Shown in pieces: positions 56,858 to 64,000 of a stretch of 64,000 bases of DNA (positions are counted from its first letter, which is position 1; each line of letters begins with the position of its first letter). Where the stretch lies: positions 10,553-74,552 of the forward strand of contig JBFXJT010000005.1 of the NCBI GenBank assembly GCA_050174575.1. The letters are read 5' to 3'. The position numbers were made by a program, and so were the translations under genes. This stretch comes from Bacilli bacterium. Lineage in GTDB: Bacteria > Bacillota_I > Bacilli_A > ML615J-28 > CAG-698. Below the pieces are notes generated by a model that saw nothing but the letters and a program-made list of their open reading frames with translations, was not told the origin of the DNA and made no database searches.

Positions 56858-57238
56858 ATGAAAAAAGATGTTATTTCTAAATGCCCAATTTGTGGTGAGG
56901 AATTGTCGATAACTCGTCTTCATTGTCACAATTGTGGAGTCGAAATTAATGGTGATTTTTCTTTAAGCAAGCTATGCCGCTTGTCAAAAGAACAAATGAC
57001 TTTTGTGTTGCTGTTTTTAAAAAATCAAGGCAATATTAAAGCCATTGAAAAAGACATGAACATTTCTTACCCAACAGTAAAGAAACTTTTAAACGATGTG
57101 TTAGTTAATTTGGGATTTGATGTCAGTGAAGAGGATTCAGTTAAGCCATCAATACAAAGGCAAGAGATTCTTGAAAAATTGGCAAATAAAGAAATTTCTT
57201 TTGAAGAAGCCAATCAGCAATTAAAGAATTTAAAATGA
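56858..57238 (+). CDS. DUF2089-type protein B: zinc ribbon + HTH + C-terminal SHOCT-like module
   Basis: CPICG...CHNCG zinc ribbon. HTH-like NIKAIEKDMNISYPTVKKLLNDV. C-terminal QEILEKLANKEISFEEANQQL. Confidence 0.7.
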   Translation: MKKDVISKCPICGEELSITRLHCHNCGVEINGDFSLSKLCRLSKEQMTFVLLFLKNQGNIKAIEKDMNISYPTVKKLLNDVLVNLGFDVSEEDSVKPSIQRQEILEKLANKEISFEEANQQLKNLK

Positions 57239-57247
57239 GGTGAAAAA

Positions 57248-57529
57248 ATGGATGAAAGAGAAAAAATTTTACAAATGTTAAAAGATGGAATTATTTCAAT
57301 TCCAGAAGCCATGACCTTATTAGATGCTATTACCGATCGATCAGAAGAGCCTAATAAGGAAAACAAAAAATTCATTAGTGAAGAGACCAAGGAAAAATTA
57401 CGTGTGCAAATCCGTGAATACAATGATCAACTTGAGAGTTTCGGTGAAAACATTAATGAACGTGTAAAAGAAATTATTAAAAAAGTTGAAAACAAATTAA
57501 ATGATAAAAAGGAGAAAAATCATGAATGA
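57248..57529 (+). CDS. Small protein C: N-terminal SHOCT-like module + charged helical tail
   Basis: EKILQMLKDGIISIPEAMTLL followed by a Lys/Glu-rich tail with coiled-coil character. Confidence 0.65.
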   Translation: MDEREKILQMLKDGIISIPEAMTLLDAITDRSEEPNKENKKFISEETKEKLRVQIREYNDQLESFGENINERVKEIIKKVENKLNDKKEKNHE

Positions 57530-57941
57530 AGAACGAATGAAAATATTAGAGATGTTGGCTAATGGAATCATTTCTGCTACTGAAGCAAATGAATTATTAT
57601 CGACTTTGGATAAGTCAAAAATGGAGATTAATGGTAAAGAAATAAAAGAAATCCAATCAATCAAAAAAAGCAATTCCAAATTCCTTTATGTAAAAATTAT
57701 TTCTTCAGACGGAGATAAAGTAAATTTAAAGCTTCCAATTTCTTTAGTAAAAGCTGCTTTAAAATCAGGTAACGGTGAAAACCTGCTTGGTAAAATTAAA
57801 ATTAATGGAGTTGATAATGAATTTGTAAAAGATGCAGTCGATTATGAATTGATTATGCAATATATAGAAAATGATTTGGATGGTAACATCGTGGATATTG
57901 AATCTGCTGATGGTGATAAAGTTAATATTTATATTGAATAA
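57522..57941 (+). CDS. Small protein D: N-terminal SHOCT-like module + beta-rich C-terminal domain paralogous to protein A
   Basis: ATG 57522 after AAAGGAGAA; it overlaps the protein C stop (ATGAATGA). MKILEMLANGIISATEANELL. C-terminus GNIVDIESADGDKVNIYIE. Confidence 0.65.
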   Translation: MNEERMKILEMLANGIISATEANELLSTLDKSKMEINGKEIKEIQSIKKSNSKFLYVKIISSDGDKVNLKLPISLVKAALKSGNGENLLGKIKINGVDNEFVKDAVDYELIMQYIENDLDGNIVDIESADGDKVNIYIE

Positions 57942-57943
57942 TA

Positions 57944-57971
57944 AATTGATGGCTTTAGCCATCAATTTTTC
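57944..57971 (+). terminator. Rho-independent terminator ending the 4-gene operon
   Basis: AATTGATGGC-TTTA-GCCATCAATT followed by TTTTC. Confidence 0.8.
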
Positions 57972-58029
57972 ATTTTCCTTGTTTATGTTGTTAAAATAGA
58001 GTAAAATATGGATAATTAGAGGTTTTATA

Positions 58030-59199
58030 ATGTCACAATTTCTTGCAAAACATTTTATTAAAAATTATCAAGATGTTCATAAAGCTATTGTTCGCGCTGC
58101 TTATGGAAAATTAGCGGGTGCAGTTGGCATTATAACCAATTTTTTTTTAAGTTCAATAAAAATTGTTTTAGGAATAATTTTAAGGAGTATTTCATTATTA
58201 GCCGATGGTATCAATAATTTAGCCGATGCGAGTTCTTCGGTTATAACACTTATTGGATTTAGGTTGTCGTCAATGCCTGCAGACAAAGATCATCCTTTTG
58301 GGCATCAACGAATAGAATACATAACGGGTTTAATTGTCTCTTTTACAATTTTAGGAGTAGGATTTATTCTTTTTTACAATTCCATTTTAAAAATAATTAA
58401 CCCTTCAACAATTGATTTCAACTGGTTATCAATAATAATCTTATTTTTAGCTATTTTAATCAAAGCGTGGCAAGGTTATTTTTACCGAACTAATGGAAAA
58501 TTAATCAAATCGAAAGCTTTATTGGCTTCATCTACTGACAGCTTTAACGATGTTCTTGTAACATTTGGTGTTTTGCTATCAGCAGTAATTTGGCTAGCTT
58601 TTTCATACAACATCGATGGCTATATTGGGACTGTTATTTCTATTTTTATTATTTTTAATGGCATAAAGCTTGTAAAAGAAACTATTTCACCTTTGATAGG
58701 AGAAGCTCCATCAAAAGAGTTTGTAAAAAAAGTTAGTGATAAAATCTTAAGTTATCCCGGGGTTTTGGGAATTCATGATTTAATAATTCATAGTTATGGT
58801 CCTGTCAAAACATTTATCACTGTTCATGTAGAAGTTGATAGTTCGATTGATGTTTCCATAAGCCATGACATGATTGACAACATCGAGCATGATTTTTTGA
58901 AAAAAATGGAAATCAATCTTGTTATTCATATGGATCCAATTGATATTACAAACCCATATGTTACTAAATTAAAAGAAGAAATTGGCGAAATAATTAAACA
59001 ACTTGACCCTAAATTACACTTCCATGATTTTAGGATTGTAAACGGCCCATCCCATACCAATGTAATTTTTGATTTAGTTGTACCCCTAAAATACCCAATG
59101 ACGACTTTAGAAATTAAAGAATATTTAAAATTACAAATAAAACATATCGAACCTAAATTACATTTAGTTATTACATTTGATCGTGAAGAAATTTTGTAA
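58030..59199 (+). CDS. Cation diffusion facilitator (CDF) family metal efflux transporter
   Basis: Six TM segments with LADGINNLADASSS and DSFNDVLV metal-site motifs. Cytoplasmic C-terminal dimerisation domain. Confidence 0.8.
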   Translation: MSQFLAKHFIKNYQDVHKAIVRAAYGKLAGAVGIITNFFLSSIKIVLGIILRSISLLADGINNLADASSSVITLIGFRLSSMPADKDHPFGHQRIEYITGLIVSFTILGVGFILFYNSILKIINPSTIDFNWLSIIILFLAILIKAWQGYFYRTNGKLIKSKALLASSTDSFNDVLVTFGVLLSAVIWLAFSYNIDGYIGTVISIFIIFNGIKLVKETISPLIGEAPSKEFVKKVSDKILSYPGVLGIHDLIIHSYGPVKTFITVHVEVDSSIDVSISHDMIDNIEHDFLKKMEINLVIHMDPIDITNPYVTKLKEEIGEIIKQLDPKLHFHDFRIVNGPSHTNVIFDLVVPLKYPMTTLEIKEYLKLQIKHIEPKLHLVITFDREEIL

Positions 59200-59215
59200 C
59201 AAGATGGAGGAAAAT

Positions 59216-60892
59216 ATGCAACAATATCAACAGTGGTTGAATAATTCTAATTTAGAGTTAGACTTGCAAAAAGAACTTAAAATGTTAAACCAAGAACAAA
59301 TAGAAGATGCTTTTTATACTGATCTGTCTTTTGGAACCGGTGGCATGAGAGGAGTAATGGGTGTTGGTACAAATCGTATGAACATTTATACTTTGAGACG
59401 AGCCAATTATGGTTATGGGGAATTTATTTTAAAGCATCACAAAAATCCATCTGTAGTCATTGCTTATGATACACGGAAAAATAGTTTCTTATTTGCGAAA
59501 GAATCTGCAAAGGTATTAGCAACTATGGGGATCAAATGTTATCTTTTCCAAGAAGTTACACCGACACCACTTTTATCGTTTGCAGTAAGGTTTATGAAAG
59601 CTCAAGGCGGGATTGTTGTGACTGCAAGTCACAATCCACCCAAATACAATGGATATAAAGTTTATGATGACAAAGGCTGTCAATTAGTACCTAATTTAGC
59701 AGATGAAGTCGTTGCACTTATCAAAAACGCTCCTAATTTATTTGCTATACCTGCTTTAAACTTTGAAGAACTTATTAGTAAAAAACTAATCAATTGGGTT
59801 AATGATGAAGTATCTATAGCATATTTAACTAAAGTTAAAGAGATTAGTATAAACCCTAATTTGCGAAAAAATGATTTTAAAATTGTTTTTACACCATTAC
59901 ATGGTACTTCCGCAAAACTAGGCTATAATCTCCTTCATGAATTGGGTTATGATGTTATTCCAGTTCAGGAACAAATGATTCCTGATTCTGATTTTTCAAC
60001 AGTCAAATCACCAAATCCAGAAAGTCCAGAAGCATTCACTTTAGCGATTAATTATGCCAAATTGCATCAGGCAGATATATGCCTAGCTACTGATCCTGAT
60101 GCGGATCGTGTAGGTTTAGCAGTAAAGGATCAAAATGAATATCGATTATTGACAGGCAATCAAACAGGGGCAATTTTACTTTATTATTTAGTTAATGAGC
60201 GAAACATCAAACATCCTAGTGTTGTTTTTAATACGATAGTAACTTCTGAATTGGGAGCCTTGATTGCAAAAAGCAAAGGGATTGAAGTCATATCAACATT
60301 AACAGGTTTTAAGTTTATTGGTGAACAAGCAGCTTTATTAGAAAAAACAAATAAAACATTTTTCTTTGGTTATGAAGAATCATATGGTTATGTCGTTTCT
60401 GATTTTGTGAGGGATAAAGATTCTCTTCAAGCATTGTTGCTTTGTAGTGAAGTTGCAAACTTTTATAAACAACAAGGTAAAACTTTATTGATGGTTTTAG
60501 ATGAAATATATCAAAAATTTGGTTATTTTATTGATGAACAACTCAATTTCAGTTTAGAAGGTTCCAAAGGATTAGAACAAATAGACAAAATATTAAACTC
60601 TTTTAGAAATGAGTTAATTGAAAAAATCGACCATTTTTTGGTCACAATTAAAGAAGATTATTTATTAGGACAAAGATTTGAAAACAAAAAACAAACCAAA
60701 ATAACTTTGCCACAGTCAAACGTTTTAAAATATATTTTAAATGATGGTAGTTGGTTTGTGCTAAGACCAAGCGGGACTGAGCCCAAAATGAAAGTGTATT
60801 TTTCTGTAAGTGATCTTACTTATGAAAAAGCACATGAAAAATTTCAAATTATTAAAAATGCTGTATTAGCAAAGATTAAGGAAGTAGGATAA
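59216..60892 (+). CDS. pgcA: Phospho-sugar mutase (alpha-phosphoglucomutase, PgcA-like)
   Basis: ATG 59216 after GGAGG. FGTGGMRGVMGVGTNRMN, active-site TASHNPPKYNGYK, DPDADR, GEESYG-like GYEESYG. Confidence 0.85.
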   Translation: MQQYQQWLNNSNLELDLQKELKMLNQEQIEDAFYTDLSFGTGGMRGVMGVGTNRMNIYTLRRANYGYGEFILKHHKNPSVVIAYDTRKNSFLFAKESAKVLATMGIKCYLFQEVTPTPLLSFAVRFMKAQGGIVVTASHNPPKYNGYKVYDDKGCQLVPNLADEVVALIKNAPNLFAIPALNFEELISKKLINWVNDEVSIAYLTKVKEISINPNLRKNDFKIVFTPLHGTSAKLGYNLLHELGYDVIPVQEQMIPDSDFSTVKSPNPESPEAFTLAINYAKLHQADICLATDPDADRVGLAVKDQNEYRLLTGNQTGAILLYYLVNERNIKHPSVVFNTIVTSELGALIAKSKGIEVISTLTGFKFIGEQAALLEKTNKTFFFGYEESYGYVVSDFVRDKDSLQALLLCSEVANFYKQQGKTLLMVLDEIYQKFGYFIDEQLNFSLEGSKGLEQIDKILNSFRNELIEKIDHFLVTIKEDYLLGQRFENKKQTKITLPQSNVLKYILNDGSWFVLRPSGTEPKMKVYFSVSDLTYEKAHEKFQIIKNAVLAKIKEVG

Positions 60893-60893
60893 C

Positions 60894-62162
60894 ATGAACC
60901 AAAAATTTTTTATTAATAATCGTGAACGTTTTAGTCATTTAATGAAAGACAACTCGTTAGCCATTTTTTTCTCTGGTCGCTGTCTTCAAAAAACAGCTGA
61001 TCAAGAATATCCTTTTGAAGTTGAGAAAAATTTTTACTATTTAACAGGAATCAATCAAGCAAATGTTGTTCTTACTATTTTAAAAAAGAACAATGAATTA
61101 AAAGAAAGTTTATTTATTGAAGAAAATGATCCTGTTTTAATAAAATGGGTTGGTAAAAAAATTACAAAAGAAGAAGCAATCCTTTTTTCTGGGATTAACC
61201 AAGTTTTTTATTTAAATCAATTTGAAAATAATTTATTTAGTTTATTCAATAATTCTCGTTATCAATCAGATTGCATTCGTCAAGTCTACTTAAATTTGGA
61301 GCGTCGAAATATCCCTGGTTATACAAATGAAGCTTTGGAATTTTCGAAAGATATTATGACTTTGAAATATCCCGAAGTATCCATCATTAACGCTTATGAA
61401 TTGATTTTAAGTTTAAGAATGATCAAATCAGAAGAAGAAATCGCTCTGATAAAATCTAGTATTAAAACAACAAAAAAGGGCATAGACAGTTTAATGAGCC
61501 ATGCTCAGGCGGGATTATATGAGTATCAATTAGAAGCCTATTTTGATTGGCAAGTTAAATGTGATGGACACCGCGATTTAGCTTTTGAAACAATAGCTGC
61601 TTCAGGCAAAAACGCAACTGTTTTGCATTATGTCGACAATAATCATCAATTAAAAAATGAAGACTTAATTTTGTTTGATTTGGGTTCGCGTACAGAATTT
61701 TATGTCAGTGATATTACAAGAACATTTCCTGTTTCAGGGAAATTTAGTCCTCGCCAAAAGGCTATCTATGAAGCTGTTCTCGATGTAAACAAACAATGTA
61801 TTAATTTTTTAAAGCCAGGGTTAACTTGGCAAGAATACAATAAATTTGCGAAAGACTTATTGATTGAACATGCATATAATTTAGGACTAATTAAAGAAGA
61901 CCAAGAGATTAATAAATATTATTACCATTCTATTGGTCATTCGTTGGGTTTAGATACCCATGACCCAAGTTTATATGATTGGGGAATCAAAGAAGGCATG
62001 ACCCTCACGGTTGAACCTGGATTGTATATTGAAGAAGAAGGAATTGGTATAAGAATTGAAGATGATGTTTTAATTACTAATAATGGGTGCGAAAATCTCA
62101 GTTGCGACATCATCAAAGAAGTTGTGGATATTGAAAACTTTATGGCTACTTTTAAAAAGTAG
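60894..62162 (+). CDS. Xaa-Pro aminopeptidase/dipeptidase (M24B) with N-terminal AMP_N domain
   Basis: Metal ligand contexts FDLGSRTEFYVSDITRT, HSIGHSLGLDTHD, EPGLY, IRIEDDVLIT. Confidence 0.85.
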   Translation: MNQKFFINNRERFSHLMKDNSLAIFFSGRCLQKTADQEYPFEVEKNFYYLTGINQANVVLTILKKNNELKESLFIEENDPVLIKWVGKKITKEEAILFSGINQVFYLNQFENNLFSLFNNSRYQSDCIRQVYLNLERRNIPGYTNEALEFSKDIMTLKYPEVSIINAYELILSLRMIKSEEEIALIKSSIKTTKKGIDSLMSHAQAGLYEYQLEAYFDWQVKCDGHRDLAFETIAASGKNATVLHYVDNNHQLKNEDLILFDLGSRTEFYVSDITRTFPVSGKFSPRQKAIYEAVLDVNKQCINFLKPGLTWQEYNKFAKDLLIEHAYNLGLIKEDQEINKYYYHSIGHSLGLDTHDPSLYDWGIKEGMTLTVEPGLYIEEEGIGIRIEDDVLITNNGCENLSCDIIKEVVDIENFMATFKK

Positions 62163-62171
62163 CCTTTTTTT
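62144..62171 (+). terminator. Rho-independent terminator overlapping the peptidase stop codon
   Basis: GGCTACTTTT-AA-AAAGTAGCC followed by TTTTTTT. Confidence 0.7.
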
Positions 62172-62218
62172 AACGAAAATTTTTTTCTTATCAATAATAT
62201 ATTGTTGGAGGAGAAAAT

Positions 62219-62854
62219 ATGAAGAAACTGTTTCTACTTGCTATAGTAATTTGGCTTGCTTTAAGTTGCCAAACTTTTGGTTATTCTCCAACTGGCCATG
62301 ATGATATTTCCACAATTGTTTTTTTAGATGATGGTGAATTATTGGTTGATATGACTTCATCACAAATTGAATCCGGATATAAAGCTATGGGGAGAAACCG
62401 CTTATTTGGTTGGAAACATCATTTTTTTAATATTAAAGAAGAAGCAAATTATGTCGGCGAAATAATCTTTTCTAGAAGTAACCGTACATCAGATAAATTA
62501 GAAATCGATTATGAACTCGAAGAAACAAATCATTTTGAAAGAAGTATTAAAACAACAGGATCAATTTCTGGTCAATTTGAAGGAAATATCAAAAAAATTG
62601 ATGCAGGAATTGAAGCCTCAGGATCCATTACATCTGATAAAACGACTTCGATTACTCGAGTTGAGGATACTAGTTTTTCTTTTGTTGTTGATCCTTTTCA
62701 TAGGGTTACTTTTCGGGTTACTGGTGAAGCTTTAGTCACAAACGGTGTAAGCAAGTTAAGCATTTTAGGAATCACTTTTAAAAAAGGAACTTGGGAATAT
62801 ATTGATATAGTAACACGCTACTATGAATTATATGAAGAAGAGATGTCTAAATGA
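62219..62854 (+). CDS. Small exported beta-rich protein of unknown family (possible aerolysin/ETX-MTX2-like fold)
   Basis: RBS GGAGGAG. Signal peptide MKKLFLLAIVIWLALSC. Central Ser/Thr-flanked amphipathic hairpin (see findings). Confidence 0.6.
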   Translation: MKKLFLLAIVIWLALSCQTFGYSPTGHDDISTIVFLDDGELLVDMTSSQIESGYKAMGRNRLFGWKHHFFNIKEEANYVGEIIFSRSNRTSDKLEIDYELEETNHFERSIKTTGSISGQFEGNIKKIDAGIEASGSITSDKTTSITRVEDTSFSFVVDPFHRVTFRVTGEALVTNGVSKLSILGITFKKGTWEYIDIVTRYYELYEEEMSK

Positions 62855-63810
62855 AAAAACTAAATTATTTTATTATATTTTTTGTTATTTCATTGATTGC
62901 AATTGGCTTAATTGCGATGTTTTCGACGCAAAAACGAGTTTTTCGTTTGACTACCCTTCCCAAAGCTTATAGTTTAGTTTCTTCAATTGATCAAAGTGAA
63001 GATTTTTCGATAGGGATTTACATTGATCAACATCAAATTCCTTTTGATGCATCGCAAAATTATTCCCAAAGTTTTATCGCAGATTCAAAAAATGAAAATC
63101 AATTACCGTTAGTACTAATTTCCGCATTACCAATTTCAGAAAGCATTATTATTGATAAAACAACTTTCTATTTGTTTGAATTTTTATTTAGAATTGATTT
63201 TAATACAAACTCTAACTATAATCTTGAAATTGATAATGCATATTTGCATATTAGTCGGGGAGCAGAAAAAGAGGAAATAATTATTTTAATTGGTTCATTG
63301 TCTTTTTCGAAAGTCTCATCTTTTTGTTGTGATAATATCGTAATTACTAAACTAAAAGGAAATGTTAATGATGTAAATTTCGGAAAAAATGTTGTTGGTT
63401 TTGAAATGGGTATAAGAAATAATTCAAGTAATGACGTTAAAATTATTAACATTAAGCCGTTGCTTTGCGATGTTAATGTTTCAAATAGTGACGTTATTAA
63501 ACATTTTTCATTAAACTTTCAACCATCTGATACCATAAATTCGATTTTAGGTTATGAATATGATGTTGCTTCCGAAGGAACAAGCCAATCATTAAATTTA
63601 CAATTGGAATTAATTGAAAATGATCGTTTCTATTTTCCTTTAAAATATCAAAATGAATATAAAATTAGTCAATTTGGTCTTGAGATTACTTATATTATGA
63701 ATGAAAACCAGTTTGTGACTTTCATTGATAATTTTACTTTTTTTTCTGATTATCTTTTATCTAATAACGAAATCCATCAATTAACGATTAACACTTATGA
63801 TAATAATTGA
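62851..63810 (+). CDS. N-terminally membrane-anchored protein of unknown function
   Basis: ATGA overlap with the upstream stop. TM YFIIFFVISLIAIGLIAMF, then a ~290-aa beta-rich extracytoplasmic region. Confidence 0.6.
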   Translation: MKKLNYFIIFFVISLIAIGLIAMFSTQKRVFRLTTLPKAYSLVSSIDQSEDFSIGIYIDQHQIPFDASQNYSQSFIADSKNENQLPLVLISALPISESIIIDKTTFYLFEFLFRIDFNTNSNYNLEIDNAYLHISRGAEKEEIIILIGSLSFSKVSSFCCDNIVITKLKGNVNDVNFGKNVVGFEMGIRNNSSNDVKIINIKPLLCDVNVSNSDVIKHFSLNFQPSDTINSILGYEYDVASEGTSQSLNLQLELIENDRFYFPLKYQNEYKISQFGLEITYIMNENQFVTFIDNFTFFSDYLLSNNEIHQLTINTYDNN

Positions 63811-64000
63811 TTTAATAAATATTTCTAAGAGCTATGGAAAACAAATAATTTTTAACTTATTAAATTATCAATTTGAGCAAGGTAAAACCTATTTAATAAC
63901 TGGTGAAAACGGTGCGGGAAAAACAACCATTATTAAAGCTATATTAAAATTAATCCAAATCGAAGAGGGCGAAATAAAAGTAAAAACCAATAAGATTGGT
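63797..64000 (+). CDS. ABC transporter ATP-binding protein, 3'-truncated by the window edge
   Basis: ATG 63797 overlaps the upstream gene by 14 nt. My translation is MIIIDLINISKSYGKQIIFNLLNYQFEQGKTYLITGENGAGKTT (Walker A). Confidence 0.8.
   Translation, partial: MIIIDLINISKSYGKQIIFNLLNYQFEQGKTYLITGENGAGKTTIIKAILKLIQIEEGEIKVKTNKIG

Noticed and set aside
62083-62301. 72-aa ORF bridging the peptidase 3' end, the terminator and the start of the 62219 gene.
   Set aside because: It runs through a terminator hairpin and the RBS of the downstream gene, out of frame with both real genes. It is spurious.
1-64000. Possibility that the organism uses Mollicute genetic code 4 (UGA = Trp), given the AT-richness and lipoprotein-heavy surface.
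   Set aside because: TGA terminates conserved genes exactly at their expected C-termini, with the next gene's RBS and start immediately after (ackA 8131-8133, dnaE 17524-17526, cysS 25175-25177, lgt 32045-32047). No in-frame TGA interrupts any conserved protein. The standard code 11 fits.
1-64000. Search for rRNA, tRNA, CRISPR arrays, IS/transposase genes, integrases, phage genes and long direct or inverted DNA repeats.
   Set aside because: None recognised by eye. Intergenic spacers are short (mostly under 170 nt) and are accounted for by promoters, leaders and terminators. A tRNA or covariance-model scan would be needed to be definitive.

Overview
AT-rich (about one-third G+C by eye, not computed), very gene-dense chromosomal segment. 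It holds about 60 CDS, all but three on the + strand, from a low-GC Bacillota/Mycoplasmatota-type bacterium. The standard genetic code applies: TGA ends conserved genes exactly where expected. No rRNA, tRNA, CRISPR array, IS element or phage genes were seen.

The backbone is housekeeping. It starts with an ABC-F ATPase (5' partial), then a phosphoesterase/ytxK-like/ackA block, dnaE-pfkA, metG and rplM-rpsI. Next comes the Bacillus-type array cysS-mrnC-rlmB-sigH-like-rpmG-secE-nusG-rplK-rplA-(L10 leader)-rplJ-rplL ... rsmC-like-rpoB-rpoC-rpsL-rpsG-fusA-tuf. After that come tatD, ychF, cinA, tex, acpP, pgcA and an Xaa-Pro peptidase. rpmG (49 aa) is missing from the supplied ORF track and was found by eye.

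A cobalamin riboswitch, a DUF4430 lipoprotein and lgt are wedged between rplL and the rpoB block.

Accessory content is mostly cell-surface:
- an Ig-repeat exoprotein (3.0-4.7 kb)
- a Big_2-DUF885 lipoprotein (8.1-10.2 kb)
- a translationally coupled pair of paralogous giant exoproteins with C-terminal TM anchors (10.2-14.4 kb)
- two tandem lipoprotein HtrA-type proteases, one fused to three Big_2 domains (46.1-49.2 kb)

Best candidates for undescribed biology:
1. A self-contained 4-gene operon (56.47-57.97 kb) in which every product carries the same SHOCT-like helix module around a DUF2089-type zinc-ribbon/HTH protein.
2. A translationally coupled operon at the right edge (62.2-64.0 kb, truncated). 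It encodes a small exported beta-rich protein with a Ser/Thr-flanked amphipathic beta-hairpin reminiscent of aerolysin/ETX-MTX2 pore formers, then a membrane-anchored protein and an ABC ATPase.
3. The paired propeller-like/Ig-like surface proteins.

All functional calls come from motif recognition and synteny by eye. No database search or folding computation was run.
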